In this document: piece by piece, positions 51,572 through 62,733 of the stretch
Numbering within the stretch: the stretch's first letter is position 1
Layout of the letters: every line of letters begins with the position of its first letter
Assembly (NCBI GenBank): GCA_963666215.2
Contig: CAXWPL010000004.1
Span: 960,001 to 1,024,000 of the forward strand
DNA: 64,000 nucleotides
Direction: 5' to 3'
Origin: Acidobacteriota bacterium
GTDB lineage: Bacteria > Acidobacteriota > UBA890 > WLXD01
Notes under the pieces: generated by a model
What the model saw: the letters and a program-made list of their open reading frames with translations, nothing else
Database searches by the model: none
What the model was told of the DNA's origin: nothing
Program-made: the position numbers and the translations under genes

Positions 51572-52986
51572 GTGCGGAAGTCCTTGTTGATAGTCGCTCT
51601 GTCCGCGTTCATGGCCACCGCGTCGGCCGGATCTCCGGTCGTCGGCCAGGAGGCGGCGCACGGGATCAGCTCGGTGCGTGATGTCGAGGCGGTCTACGGG
51701 ACGCGCGCGCAGGCGGAGATCATGGAGCGACTGTTGCGGTCGAAGGTCGCGACCGTGTTGCCGGAGGTCATGCGGCGAGCGGGCGCGGACGTGTGGATTG
51801 TGCGCAACACCGATGGACCGATCTACCTGTCGTTGTTGCCCGCCGACGTCGACGGTCACGTTGCCGAGTGGTGGCCGTTTATCGTCGTCCACGATCGCGG
51901 TGCGGAGGCTGGCGTTGAGCGCACGGGTGCCCGCTTCGACGACCTGGCCGGCATCGTCAGGGCGAGCGCCCCGGACAAGATCGTCATCAACAACGGTTTC
52001 AGCGACGAACATCGCGCCGAGCTGGCGCGGCGCATCGGCGCGACGTACGCCGAGCGCCTGACCTCCGATTCCGACCTCGCCATTTGGTAGCTGGAGACGC
52101 GAACGCCCGAGGAGATCAGCATCTTCCGACACGTTATCGGCGTGGCCCACGATGTGATTGGTGAGGGCTATTCGAACCGGGTCGTCGTGCCCGATGTCAC
52201 CACCACCAACGATCTGAACTGGTGGATTCGGCAGCGCTACATCGACCTCGGGGTCGACACCGACGACCACCCGACGATCACCGTGCAGCGCAGCCAAGTC
52301 GAGCGCGCCAAGTACACCGATCCGGACGACTACTTCCGCATCGACACGAGCCCGCGCAACGGCATGGACAGCGTCATCCGGCGCGGCGATCTGCTGTTCG
52401 TCGATACCGGCATCCGCTACCTCGGTATCAACACCGACACGCAGCAGGCCGCCTACGTGCTCCTGCTGGGCGAGACCGACGCGCCCGAAGGCCTGAAGGA
52501 GGCGATGCGCCACCTCAACCGGCTGCAGACATCATCGGCGAGGAAATGCGGCACGGGCGCACGGGTCGCGATATCGGCATGGCCGCATCGGCTCGCGCCA
52601 GCCAGGAAGGCATCCGTCCACGGATCTACGCCCACCCGATCAGCTACTGGTTCATGCGCCACCAGCTCAACGGCGGGTTCTTCACCCGCGACCACTACTT
52701 CGCTGGCACCGCCATCACCGACCAGCCACCGGCCGATCGAGACGACGATCGTGATCGGGGCCCGCGCTACGACCTGCGCGGCCCGCCGTTCTACTTCCGT
52801 CTCAGCAGCGCCGATCACCCGCTGGTGTACAACACCGTCTACGCACTGGAGATCGACATCGAGTACTCCGTCCCCGAGTGGAACGGCCAGGACATCCGCC
52901 TGCACTCGGAAACGGTCACCGCATTCACGCGGGACGGCATGGCTTATCCCGCCGGCCGGCAGACGGAGTGGTATCTGATCCGCTAG
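51572..52986 (+). pseudogene. M24 (Xaa-Pro aminopeptidase-like) peptidase with an in-frame TAG (52088-52090) and a frameshift near 52529
   Basis: ..DLAIW*LETRTPEE..AHDVI..VVPDVTT..RGDLLFVDTGIRYLGINTDTQ..NRLQ, then a frame change to DIIGEEM..IYAHPI..YALE..QTEWYLIR. Confidence 0.8.
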
Positions 52987-53052
52987 GACTCTGACCGCGC
53001 CCCGGTGGCGCGCAGATCCACGAACAGGGCATCGGGGTCTTGCCCCTACCCG

Positions 53053-55617
53053 CTAGGGCTCGAGAATCGCCCGGGCGCGGGCAACGAGATCTTCGAGATG
53101 CGCCTGCGTGACGGCGTCTTGCGTCGCCGCCGCGGCGCTGCTGGCGTCGTCCATGATCTCGCGTAGCTGTGCACGGGCCAGAGGGCGGATGTCCGACTGG
53201 CTGACATCGACCGCCGTGACCCGGCCGGCGAGGAAAGCGGGCGGCGCCTCGGGCTCTTCGGTCAGCAGGTACTCGAGACGTTCGATGTACGCACGCTGGA
53301 GGTTGCGGCGGTAGGGGTCGATGGGAGTGCCGTCACCCAGCTCTGAGAACACCCCTGCCTCGAGGTCATCGAGATAGTCGGCCAGCGGGTAGGCGTCGGG
53401 ATCGAACACCTCCGACTCGATCATGCGCTGCATTCGCCCCGGGTTGAGCATCTGGTTGAGGACCCTCACTTGACGGCCGCGCACGCGTTCGAGTGCTCCG
53501 GCGTGCTCGATGCGGCGCAGAAGCTCCCTGTCGGCGAGCCAGGTGGGCGACTCGAAGACCTCGTCGATGACGAAGCGAACCGCGGCCTCCTGATTGGCAC
53601 GCGGCACGGGGGTGTAGATGGGCTCGCCCTGATCGGTGGTCTTGGCGTTCTGGTAGCGGCCGCCCACCAGTGTCACGACATGCCCGACGTAGCGACCCCA
53701 CTGCCCGACGAGCTCGCCGTAGAGCTCCTGTAGATCGTCGAAATTCTCGCCGGGCGTCGAGGTCCAAGCGACCAGGTTGGGGAGCACGCGCTTGAGGTTG
53801 GCAACACCGTAGCCCGACGACAACACGGGGTCGTCGCCCATGTCTTCGGTTTGGGCGTCGGGGTTCCAGCCGGTGCTCGACCCGAAACGGTACATACGGT
53901 CGTCGGCGCGCTCCATGATCCACGAGTCGAGCGTGCTTTTCTCGTCGCCGGGCGACATCGCGCCAGGGATCGCTCGGTAGCCCCAGTTGATCGAGTGGTG
54001 GTCGTAGGGGCCGATCTTGCGGATGTAGTCGGTGGGTTGGAGTCCGTCGCCGGGTTGTGCGATGTAGTTCTGGCGCGCGTAGTCCATCACCGACGGCGAC
54101 ACGCCCATGCGTCGCGCGAAGTCAGGGTCGCGCAGCGACTCTGTGGGGTACGACGACGAGCCGATCATGTTGTGGGGCAAGCCCAGCGCGTGGCCGATCT
54201 CGTGCGCAATCACCTGGCGGACGGTCTCGCCCATGAGCTCGTCGGGGATGTCCAAGGATTGCGCCGCCGGGTTCGAGGCGCCGGTCTCGATCATGAGCCG
54301 GTTGCGGTACGAGCGCAGGTGGTTGTGGAACCAGACGATGTCGCTCTCGATGATCTCGCCTGTGCGCGGATCGGAGACCGACGGGCCCATTGCGTTGCGC
54401 ACCATGCTGGCGGCCCAGCGCACCACCGAGTACCGCGCGTCTTCGGCCGCCCATTCGGGATCCTCTTCGGGTCTCGGTGGCTCACGCGCGACGATGGCGT
54501 TGCTGAATCCCGCAGTCTCGAACGCCGCTTGCCAGTCCTCCACGCCTTGCTTGACGTATGCGCGCCATCTATCGGGCGTGGCCTGGTCGATGTAGTAGAC
54601 GATCGGGCTTACCGGGTCGACCAGGTCGCCGCGGGCGTACGCTTCGGGATCGCTCGGCTCCAGCCGCCAGCGCCGAATGAAGGTCTGCTCGGCGGCCTTG
54701 AGCTCGTCGAGCCCGAAGTTCACCTGCGTAACCGAGAAGTAGCCCACCCGGTCGTCGGCCGCGCGCGGCATCATCGGCTCTCGCGGCAGTAGCACCATCG
54801 ACTGGTGCATCTCCATCGAGATCGTGCCGGCCCGCGCGTCGCCTGGAGCCGCGGCGGCCTCGAAGGTGAGCGTGTGCCGCACGTCGACGTTGATGGGATA
54901 GCTGTGCACGCTGTTGATGAAGCTTCGATCGGCGTCGAGCCGGCGCACCTCGTATGTTCTCCGTTGTGCGGCAGACAGGCCCGACAAAGCCGGGGTGTCG
55001 CCGGAGTAGAAATCCGTGACGTCGATGACCACCGTCTGGCTATCCGGCGAGCTTTCTCCGGCATCACTGCTTGCGCCCTCACTCTCGCCGGCTGGGATCT
55101 CTCCATAAGCCTCGATATCGAAAACCTCGAGAATCGGCGCAAAGTTATTCCGCACGACCGACTCGAAGATCGGCAGCGAGTCCTCGGCCACCTGGTTGTA
55201 GGAGATCTTGCGCAGCAGAATCTGTTCATCGCGACGTTCCCAGCGCAGCACCTGTTCGGCCACCTTCGTCCCGGCGACGATGAACCCACCGAAGCCCGCC
55301 GGTACCCGCGCGATACGGCTGATCAACAGCATGTCGGTGTCGAGCAGCGACTCCGGAATCTCGAAGAAGTAGCGATCATCGACCTTGTGCGTCGTGAAGA
55401 GACCTTCGTCCGACTCGGCGTCCTCCGTGATCACATCTTCGTAGGGCGTGGGCCCGTCTTCCTCGTCGGCGCTCTCTTGCTCCGCAGCCTCTTGGGCGGA
55501 GTCGGTTTCCTCCGTCGACTGATCCGCCGGCGGACTCGTCGTCAGAGCTACCGGCGCCGTGGAGGCACAGCCGATCATCACGAAGGCGAGTAGGAGTGCG
55601 AGACGTGAGCTGTACAT
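53053..55617 (-). CDS. Zinc-dependent metalloprotease lipoprotein (DUF5117/DUF5118 plus metzincin domain)
   Basis: HEIGHALGLPHN, Met-turn SVMDY, DPRTGEII and IGPYD motifs. Confidence 0.92.
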   Translation of the reverse strand: MYSSRLALLLAFVMIGCASTAPVALTTSPPADQSTEETDSAQEAAEQESADEEDGPTPYEDVITEDAESDEGLFTTHKVDDRYFFEIPESLLDTDMLLISRIARVPAGFGGFIVAGTKVAEQVLRWERRDEQILLRKISYNQVAEDSLPIFESVVRNNFAPILEVFDIEAYGEIPAGESEGASSDAGESSPDSQTVVIDVTDFYSGDTPALSGLSAAQRRTYEVRRLDADRSFINSVHSYPINVDVRHTLTFEAAAAPGDARAGTISMEMHQSMVLLPREPMMPRAADDRVGYFSVTQVNFGLDELKAAEQTFIRRWRLEPSDPEAYARGDLVDPVSPIVYYIDQATPDRWRAYVKQGVEDWQAAFETAGFSNAIVAREPPRPEEDPEWAAEDARYSVVRWAASMVRNAMGPSVSDPRTGEIIESDIVWFHNHLRSYRNRLMIETGASNPAAQSLDIPDELMGETVRQVIAHEIGHALGLPHNMIGSSSYPTESLRDPDFARRMGVSPSVMDYARQNYIAQPGDGLQPTDYIRKIGPYDHHSINWGYRAIPGAMSPGDEKSTLDSWIMERADDRMYRFGSSTGWNPDAQTEDMGDDPVLSSGYGVANLKRVLPNLVAWTSTPGENFDDLQELYGELVGQWGRYVGHVVTLVGGRYQNAKTTDQGEPIYTPVPRANQEAAVRFVIDEVFESPTWLADRELLRRIEHAGALERVRGRQVRVLNQMLNPGRMQRMIESEVFDPDAYPLADYLDDLEAGVFSELGDGTPIDPYRRNLQRAYIERLEYLLTEEPEAPPAFLAGRVTAVDVSQSDIRPLARAQLREIMDDASSAAAATQDAVTQAHLEDLVARARAILEP

Positions 55618-55675
55618 GATTCAGTCCTTCGGTCTGAAAGGGGGTTTGTGGCGCGATGGAGTCGACCCAGTGTCG

Positions 55676-56236
55676 CTAGCGCCTTCGCCTGGAGCGATCC
55701 ATGTTCGCGGTGGCGTGACCCGTAAGGAAGCGCCACTGACCGGCTTCCCGCACGACAGTTGTGCTGACCAAACCCACGAGGGTGAAGGCCCCGCTTCGAT
55801 CTGATTGCAGATTCTGTGTGAAGTGGAACGACACGGTGGCGGCGTCGAGCGATATCGGCACGATGCGCACACCGGAAACATCAATCGACACGTCGAACTG
55901 ATCTTCCAACGACGTGAGGCCGGCCATCACCTCGTCGCGAGACTCGTAGGTGAGGTTGCGGTTGGCTTCCATCCAGTAGAAGTCGGGAGACTCCGAGTAC
56001 ATCGCCGAGAGCGCCTCGGCATCGAAGTCGTTCGTGTGCGTGACGTAGCTCTGGACGAACTCCTCGAGCTCGGTTCGCACCCGTGCAGCGTCGTCATCGG
56101 TCAGAGCCGTTCCGCCACAGCTCAGTGACCCGATCGACGCCAGCACAACCAGCCACGCGCACCTAACCCGATGCTCTGGACTGCGGGATACTTCGAATCT
56201 CATAGGACTTTCCGGCACCGCCACTCGACCTACCAT
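55676..56236 (-). CDS. NTF2/SnoaL-like lipoprotein
   Basis: Lipobox LSC, DAEALSAMY and ..VVREAGQWRFLTGHAT; start uncertain (56236 or 56203). Confidence 0.75.
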   Translation of the reverse strand: MVGRVAVPESPMRFEVSRSPEHRVRCAWLVVLASIGSLSCGGTALTDDDAARVRTELEEFVQSYVTHTNDFDAEALSAMYSESPDFYWMEANRNLTYESRDEVMAGLTSLEDQFDVSIDVSGVRIVPISLDAATVSFHFTQNLQSDRSGAFTLVGLVSTTVVREAGQWRFLTGHATANMDRSRRRR

Positions 56237-56317
56237 CTGGTCGAGACACCCTACCGCGATCTTCGCTTATCCCCGGCCCGAGAACGAAATCCATGAACAG
56301 ATCCATGAACAGATCCA

Positions 56318-56806
56318 TGACCAATCAACGCGCTTTGATCGCGGCCGCTGTGGTCGCCCTTGCTGCTGCAGCACCCGTTCATGCCCAGTCGCCCGTCGAC
56401 GCGGGCGACGACAGTCGTGCCTTGGTGCAACTATGTTCAAACGAACTATACCGACCTCCTCGAGAACTTCCTTCAGGTGTTCGTTGGCGACATGAACTGC
56501 CAGTACGAGTTCGTCGATGACGACACGATGAACACCGTCGCCGCCGGCACGCTCGCTGCCCTCACCCGCCACGCGGCGTCGCTCATCCGAGCCAACCCGG
56601 CGGCCGCACTTGGCGAGCTCAGCGACGATCAGCTCATGTACGCGGCGTCGTTCGCCGTGCTCTCGATCTTCGAGCTCGACTCCAACAAACGCTCGGCGGT
56701 GATCCAGGCCGAATATGACGGCGACGCGGGCCTGTGTTCGAGCCGAGCGGGGGCGAACCGCGGTCTCTACCGGTGGCTACAGGCTTTCGAATTGCCTCCC
56801 GAATAG
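56318..56806 (+). pseudogene. Small secreted hypothetical protein, frameshifted near 56414
   Basis: The signal peptide MTNQRALIAAAVVALAAAAPVHAQSPVDAGDDS is in one frame and the coding-like VPWCNYVQTNYTDLLENF...WLQAFELPPE in another. A 12-bp tandem repeat ATCCATGAACAG precedes it. Confidence 0.6.
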
Positions 56807-57005
56807 GTGAGAGCAGCAAGCCGACGGGAAGGTGTATTGCGGCCGGCCAAACCAAGAATGGAAGTATGGGTACGGGTTTCCGGCTACCAGAGTCGTTAAG
56901 CGGAGCCGTAGAACGGCGAGCTCTCGAGCCAGAATTGCCTGGCGGCACCTGGTTTACTATCGGCACACTCTCAAGCCTTGTGCTGCTTCCCGGACGGAGC
57001 TGAAG

Positions 57006-58457
57006 ATGATCGAGACAAGACGGCGGCGGACCAACGCGCTGGCTCGCGCAACTGGGCGGATGATGCTCGCTGGGTTGGCGGTGGCACCGCTGGCTGCAAT
57101 GGCGTCGTGTGCGGAGCCCGTGGGCGACGGGGCAGCAACGGCGCTGGTTTCGGCGGCGGAGAGTTCACCGACAACGGCTTCGCTGGCGGCCGTCGAATGG
57201 ACGCAATGGCGCGGGCCAGGTCGCGACGGACGGGTGGGCACGCCGTTGCCGGGAACATTGCCCGACACCCTTACGCGCGGCTGGAGTGTGGAGGTGGGGC
57301 TGGGGCACTCGAGCCCGATCGTCGATGACGACCGGGTGTACGTTTTCACACGCAACGGCGACAACGAGGTCGTGCGCGCGCTCAGTCGCGCCGACGGACA
57401 AACACTGTGGCAGCAGTCGTACTTGGCGCCCTACAAGATGAATCCGTCGGCCGAGAGGGAGCATGGACCCGGGCCGAAGTCGACGCCGCTGCTGCACGGC
57501 GGCGCGATTTACACGGTCGGCATCGGTGGGTTCCTCTCGGCGACTGGTGTAAATGGTGAGTCTGTCTGGCGGCACGAGTTCGCCGGTCAATACTCGCCGC
57601 AGGAGCCGGTGTTTGGCGCCGCGATGTCGGCGATCGCGGTCGGCGACACGGTGGTCGCGCACGTTGGTGGTGATTACGACGGCACGCTTGCGGCGTTCGA
57701 CGCGGTCTCGGGTGCGATCCGCTGGCGACTCGACGGCGACGGGCCGGGTTACGCCTCGCCCATCATGGTTGACCTGGCGGGCACGTCGCTGCTGGTCACG
57801 CAGACCGACTCGGCGATTGTCGGGGTGTCGCCGACGACGGGGGAACTGCTCTGGCGCATGCCGTTCAAGACGGAGTTCGACCAGAATGTCATCACGCCGC
57901 TGCTGGCCGGCGACCGGCTCATTCTCTCGGGGCTCGACCACGGCGTGTTCGCGGTGGAGCTGCGGCGCGAAGGCGACACCCAGGCGATGGTCTCCCACGA
58001 AGTGTGGCGCAACCAAGAGGTGTCGCTCTACATGAGCTCGCCGGTGCTGGTTGGCGATCGGCTGTTTGGCATGTCGCACCGTAGGTCGGGCCAGTTCTTC
58101 GCGCTCGACGTGGCAACGGGCGAGACGATCTGGACGAGCGTCGGCCGCGAGGGCGACAACGCCGCCATTCTCGCGAACGACGACCACGTGCTGTTCCTCA
58201 CCGACGGCGCCGAGCTCATCGTGCAGCCGGTAGCCGGCGACGAGTTCGCTCCGGTAGCACGCTACGAGGTCGCGAACACCTCCACGTGGGCGCACCCGGT
58301 GCTGCTACCCGAGGGTGTACTGATCAAAGACCTCGAGCACCTGACGCTCTGGCGCTTCCGCCAGCCGCTGGCGTTCGACCGTTCTAGGAGCCAGGTCGAC
58401 ACGGCGGCAGCCGGTTCGTCTCCCGTCTGGCCGGTCCAGCCAGGTTCTGCCTATTGA
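57006..58457 (+). CDS. PQQ-binding-like (BamB-type) beta-propeller lipoprotein
   Basis: WTQWRGPGRDG, GHSSPIV, GPKSTP, GYASPI, YMSSPV and TWAHPV motifs; GGAG before ATG 57006. Confidence 0.88.
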   Translation: MIETRRRRTNALARATGRMMLAGLAVAPLAAMASCAEPVGDGAATALVSAAESSPTTASLAAVEWTQWRGPGRDGRVGTPLPGTLPDTLTRGWSVEVGLGHSSPIVDDDRVYVFTRNGDNEVVRALSRADGQTLWQQSYLAPYKMNPSAEREHGPGPKSTPLLHGGAIYTVGIGGFLSATGVNGESVWRHEFAGQYSPQEPVFGAAMSAIAVGDTVVAHVGGDYDGTLAAFDAVSGAIRWRLDGDGPGYASPIMVDLAGTSLLVTQTDSAIVGVSPTTGELLWRMPFKTEFDQNVITPLLAGDRLILSGLDHGVFAVELRREGDTQAMVSHEVWRNQEVSLYMSSPVLVGDRLFGMSHRRSGQFFALDVATGETIWTSVGREGDNAAILANDDHVLFLTDGAELIVQPVAGDEFAPVARYEVANTSTWAHPVLLPEGVLIKDLEHLTLWRFRQPLAFDRSRSQVDTAAAGSSPVWPVQPGSAY

Positions 58458-59284
58458 TCGCGCGCCAATGCGGCGAGCCCGCGCACGCAAGGCCGCGCCT
58501 CGGCGTCCAGCGCGACGCACTTCTCGAATGCCGCCTTGGCGAGGTCGGTGTGGCCCGCGTCCATATGCACCTGGCCGGCCATCGCGTGGTTGAAGACGTA
58601 GTCGGGGAACAGCTCGATGTTCTTGCCGAGGATGGCCATCGCGACGTTGTGTTCTCTGCCCTGGGCCAGCTCGGCCAGGCTGCCGGCGGTGAAGTCGTAG
58701 GTGGCGGCGCCGTAGTACTCGGCGCGCAACTCGTCGTAGCGTGCCATCGTGGCTTCAACGCCGTCGTGCTCGAGCACGACGGTGAGTGTCTGCACCAGCG
58801 TCGTCGGTGTTGAGGCGCCGTGGTGGCAGGTGTAGCAGCTCACCTGGACGGGGTCGCCGTGCACATGGGTGCCGCGTGCTTCCTGCGCCTCGTGAAGGTG
58901 CTCGCTATTGATGTTGTTCACCATCTTGAGCATCACGCGGGCGATCTTCTTGTGTTCCTTCTCATCGGAGGCGAAGTCGAAGGTCGACAGATCGGCTCCC
59001 GGCTCTCCGACGTGGCAGTACTCGCAGCGCACACCGAGCGCCGCCGCGAAGCCGCGCATGATGGGGAAGAGCTCGCGGCGCGTCAAATCGGATGAGAGCA
59101 CCTGCAGGTTCGTCGGCCCCTCCTGCTGACCGCCGGCCTGTGCGGCTGGAGTTGCCGGAACCGGCGCCGGCGCGGTGGTCCCGGCGGCGTTGGCGGTGGG
59201 GTTCGAGAGCGCGAACGCGCCCACGATCAATGCCAGTCCAACGAGGAAGACGGTCGCGTTCCCGTGCCGCGAGGTGTGGGTCAT
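58451..59284 (-). CDS. Diheme c-type cytochrome (photosynthetic-RC cytochrome c subunit-like) with a C-terminal TPR
   Basis: Signal peptide from ATG 59284 (AGGAG RBS), NLQVL..MRGFAAALGVRCEYCH, ARVMLKMV and VSCYTCHHG, then TPR-like helices. Confidence 0.88.
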   Translation of the reverse strand: MTHTSRHGNATVFLVGLALIVGAFALSNPTANAAGTTAPAPVPATPAAQAGGQQEGPTNLQVLSSDLTRRELFPIMRGFAAALGVRCEYCHVGEPGADLSTFDFASDEKEHKKIARVMLKMVNNINSEHLHEAQEARGTHVHGDPVQVSCYTCHHGASTPTTLVQTLTVVLEHDGVEATMARYDELRAEYYGAATYDFTAGSLAELAQGREHNVAMAILGKNIELFPDYVFNHAMAGQVHMDAGHTDLAKAAFEKCVALDAEARPCVRGLAALARDQ

Positions 59285-59632
59285 GCTCGGTGCTCCTGAG
59301 AGGCGTTGACGTTCGGGCGCGCAGTGCTCGTATTCCGTGGTCGGGCTCGGCGATCTCAGCGCCGCGAGGCGCTCGCTCGGCAGAACCTTCGGGGATTGTA
59401 CGCTGCCGCCGTTATTGAGGGCGGACGCGGCCCGCCCGGGCCGGTCGGGCCCGGGCCCAGGGTCATACACGACACCACCGACATCGAGTCCCGCGATCAC
59501 TGCCGTCGCGATCACCTTGTCCGCCCCGCGAAATTCCGACCAGGTCGCGAGCCCGATACCATGTCGATGGAAGAAGCGTCGAACTGCCAGTGTCAGGCGG
59601 CGCCATCTGACAGCCACCGCGACGGGAGACCC

Positions 59633-60370
<738 letters not shown>

Positions 60371-60377
60371 CCGCCAC

Positions 60378-60947
60378 TCACTCCACAGGTTGGGCCGCAC
60401 TGCGAAGCCGCTCGAGCAGCGGCTCCACCTCCAGCCGTCGTGCCCACTCTTCGAGATACGCCTGATCGAGCCGGGCAAACTGCAACTCATACACGGCGAG
60501 GGCGTCGCGTTCCTGACGCTTGCTTCCCCCGGAGAGCCGCGACCAACGCAGTTTCGCGAGAATCGTGTCTTCTGGGCTCGACACGAATACCTGCGAGCCG
60601 AACAGTTGGATCTCCAGACGACGAGCGAATCGCGAAACGTCAAAAGGCTCGTCGGTCAACAGCCAGAAATCGATCTTGTCGCCGGAGGTCAGATCGAGCA
60701 CGTTGAACATCGAACGCGCCTCGATGGCATCGTGTATGCCGTCGACACTCAGGTAGAAATCAGGCTCTGGAAAACTCCCGACGAGAGCCTCGACGGAACG
60801 CTTCTCGAGCTCGACGACGAGGTCGATGTCATGGGTGGACCGCGGCTCACCCTGGATGCTGGAGACCGTCGAGCCGGTGACCATGTATGCGACGCCGGCC
60901 CGGTCGAGTGCCTCGAGAGCGTGAGTCAGCAGGCTCTGCTGTGACAC
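60378..60947 (-). CDS. Pol-beta-superfamily nucleotidyltransferase (AbiEii/DUF6036-like), putative toxin
   Basis: YMVTGS..GEPRSTHDIDLVV, SPEDTILAKL and LDQAYLEEWA motifs; GTG start at 60947 overlaps the upstream gene. Confidence 0.8.
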   Translation of the reverse strand: MSQQSLLTHALEALDRAGVAYMVTGSTVSSIQGEPRSTHDIDLVVELEKRSVEALVGSFPEPDFYLSVDGIHDAIEARSMFNVLDLTSGDKIDFWLLTDEPFDVSRFARRLEIQLFGSQVFVSSPEDTILAKLRWSRLSGGSKRQERDALAVYELQFARLDQAYLEEWARRLEVEPLLERLRSAAQPVE

Positions 60948-61147
60948 TTCAGCAGCCGCTCCACATACAGATCTTGAAGTTCCTGACGTCCCAACTCCGG
61001 GAATCGTTCCCGCAGACCGGACAGAAATAACTCGCGGCTCCACGCCGACAGCTCGAAGGCTTTCAGCAGCCGTTCTTCTGGCGACATCGCGGCAAGCGTG
61101 CGCAAGTAGCGCGCGCGGTTCGGCTGCGCTTTGGCGGGCTGAATCAT
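60926..61147 (-). CDS. Small helical protein, putative antitoxin partner
   Basis: YLRTLAAMSPEERLLKAFELS..LRERFPEL pattern, typical of small ORFs upstream of such NTases. Confidence 0.7.
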   Translation of the reverse strand: MIQPAKAQPNRARYLRTLAAMSPEERLLKAFELSAWSRELFLSGLRERFPELGRQELQDLYVERLLKCHSRAC

Positions 61148-61228
61148 GGCCGGATTGTATCGCGGCGTTTCGCGAGTCCGACGCGCCGGCGTGTTGGCGT
61201 TGGGACGGCCGGTGCGTAGGATGCCCGC

Positions 61229-61999
61229 ATGCCGTTCCTATCCGATGGGTTCGATCGAATCGACCCGGTTCTCTGGGTGCTCGGGTGCACCAGCCTCGCC
61301 GCGCTGTTCGCCGCGCTAGGGGTGCTGCCGCTGATTGGTCGCGAGAAGATTCCGCGTCGCTGGATGGGCTGGGCCAACGCCATGGCCGGCGGCATGATGC
61401 TCGGGTCCGCCTACGTGATTGCCCAGGCCGGCCTGAGCGGCGCCGGTCGCGAGGTGCTGCCGGGCACGCTGGGAGCTCTGGCCGGCATCGGCTTCATCTA
61501 TTGGACCCATAGGGCCTCCGGCACCGACGAGATCGAGCTCAACCGACTCAACGAAGATCGTCCCGACTACGGCTACCAGGTGCTGCTGGTCAACACGCTG
61601 CACTCCGCCTCTGAAGGTGTGGCGATCGGCGTCGCCATGGTCATCGACCTCCGCTTCGGCGCCTTCATGGCGTTGGCCATGGCAATCCACAACGCGCCCG
61701 AAGTCACCGTCTTGGCAGCCGTTCTACGCTCGCGCGGGGCACAGCTGTCGTGGGCTGCCGCTCTCGGTGTGATGACCAACATCAGCCAGGTCCTGTTCGC
61801 CGTCGTCGTCTACGCCGTCGTCTCCGCGGCTCCCGCGATGCTGCCCCTGGTGATCGGCTTCGCCGTTGGCGCCCTCATGCACCTCGTGCTCGTCGAGCTG
61901 CTCCCCGAGAGCTACAAGGTGGCGGGGCACACGAGCATCGCATTGTCGGTGTCGGCCGCAATGGGGATTGTCGTGTTGCTCGAGGGGGTGGCGGCGTGA
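61229..61999 (+). CDS. ZIP (ZupT/GufA) family metal transporter 1
   Basis: AGGMML, LHSASEGVAIG, IHNAPE and GFAVGA..ELLPE motifs. Confidence 0.88.
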   Translation: MPFLSDGFDRIDPVLWVLGCTSLAALFAALGVLPLIGREKIPRRWMGWANAMAGGMMLGSAYVIAQAGLSGAGREVLPGTLGALAGIGFIYWTHRASGTDEIELNRLNEDRPDYGYQVLLVNTLHSASEGVAIGVAMVIDLRFGAFMALAMAIHNAPEVTVLAAVLRSRGAQLSWAAALGVMTNISQVLFAVVVYAVVSAAPAMLPLVIGFAVGALMHLVLVELLPESYKVAGHTSIALSVSAAMGIVVLLEGVAA

Positions 62000-62733
62000 G
62001 CGAGCTTCATCCAGCGCTGCTCGTCTTCCTCTACGGCCTGGCCACCGCATTGGCAACCGGCCTCGGCGCGCTGCCCTTCGCCTTCGTCCAAAACATCTCG
62101 CCGCGGGTGGTCGCCTCGGCGAACGCCATCGCCTCAGGCCTCATGCTCGGCGCCTGCTTCGGCCTCGTCGCCGAAGGCACCAACCACGGCGCCTGGCAAA
62201 CCATCGCCGGCGCCAACATCGGCGTCCTCTTCATCCTCGCCACCCAGCGCTTCCTGCACGGCCACGACGTCGAGTTCGGCGTAGCCCGCGGCGCCGGCGC
62301 CCGGCAAATGCTCCTGATGGTCGTCGTCATGACCGTGCACTCGTTCTCCGAAGGCGTAGCCGTAGGCGCCTCCTTCGGCGGCGGCATGAGCCTGGCGGCC
62401 ATCATCACCATCGCCATCGCCGTCCACAACGTCCCCGAGGGCCTCGCCATCAGCGCCGTCCTCCGCCCCCGCGGCGTCAGCGTTGCCGGCTGCGCCGGCT
62501 GGTCGATCTTCTCGTCGCTGCCTCAGCCCATCATGGCGGTGCCGGCATTCTTATTCGTCGAGGCGTTCCGGCCGGCGCTTCCTTACGGCGTTGGGTTTGC
62601 CGCTGGGGCGATGGTTTTCCTTGTATTTGTTGAATTGCTCCCGGAAGCGTTCGAGCAAGGTCGCCGGCATACTGTCGCGTTGCTCGTCAGTCTGACGCTT
62701 GTCGGCATGGTGCTGTTCCAACAACTTCTCTAG
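61996..62733 (+). CDS. ZIP (ZupT/GufA) family metal transporter 2
   Basis: GTGA overlap; ATGLGALPF, VHSFSEGVAVG, VHNVPEGLAIS, SSLPQP and GFAAGAM..ELLPEA motifs. Confidence 0.92.
   Translation: MSELHPALLVFLYGLATALATGLGALPFAFVQNISPRVVASANAIASGLMLGACFGLVAEGTNHGAWQTIAGANIGVLFILATQRFLHGHDVEFGVARGAGARQMLLMVVVMTVHSFSEGVAVGASFGGGMSLAAIITIAIAVHNVPEGLAISAVLRPRGVSVAGCAGWSIFSSLPQPIMAVPAFLFVEAFRPALPYGVGFAAGAMVFLVFVELLPEAFEQGRRHTVALLVSLTLVGMVLFQQLL

Noticed and set aside
52088-52090. In-frame TAG in the M24 peptidase as pyrrolysine or recoding
   Set aside because: It sits where this family usually has Trp (xWLETR), so TGG>TAG is simpler. The gene also has a frameshift, and TAG is the normal stop for many genes here.
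58451-59284. Evidence of phototrophy from the RC-cytochrome-like protein
   Set aside because: It has only two CxxCH motifs plus a TPR, and no puf/bch genes are nearby; this family is common in non-phototrophs.
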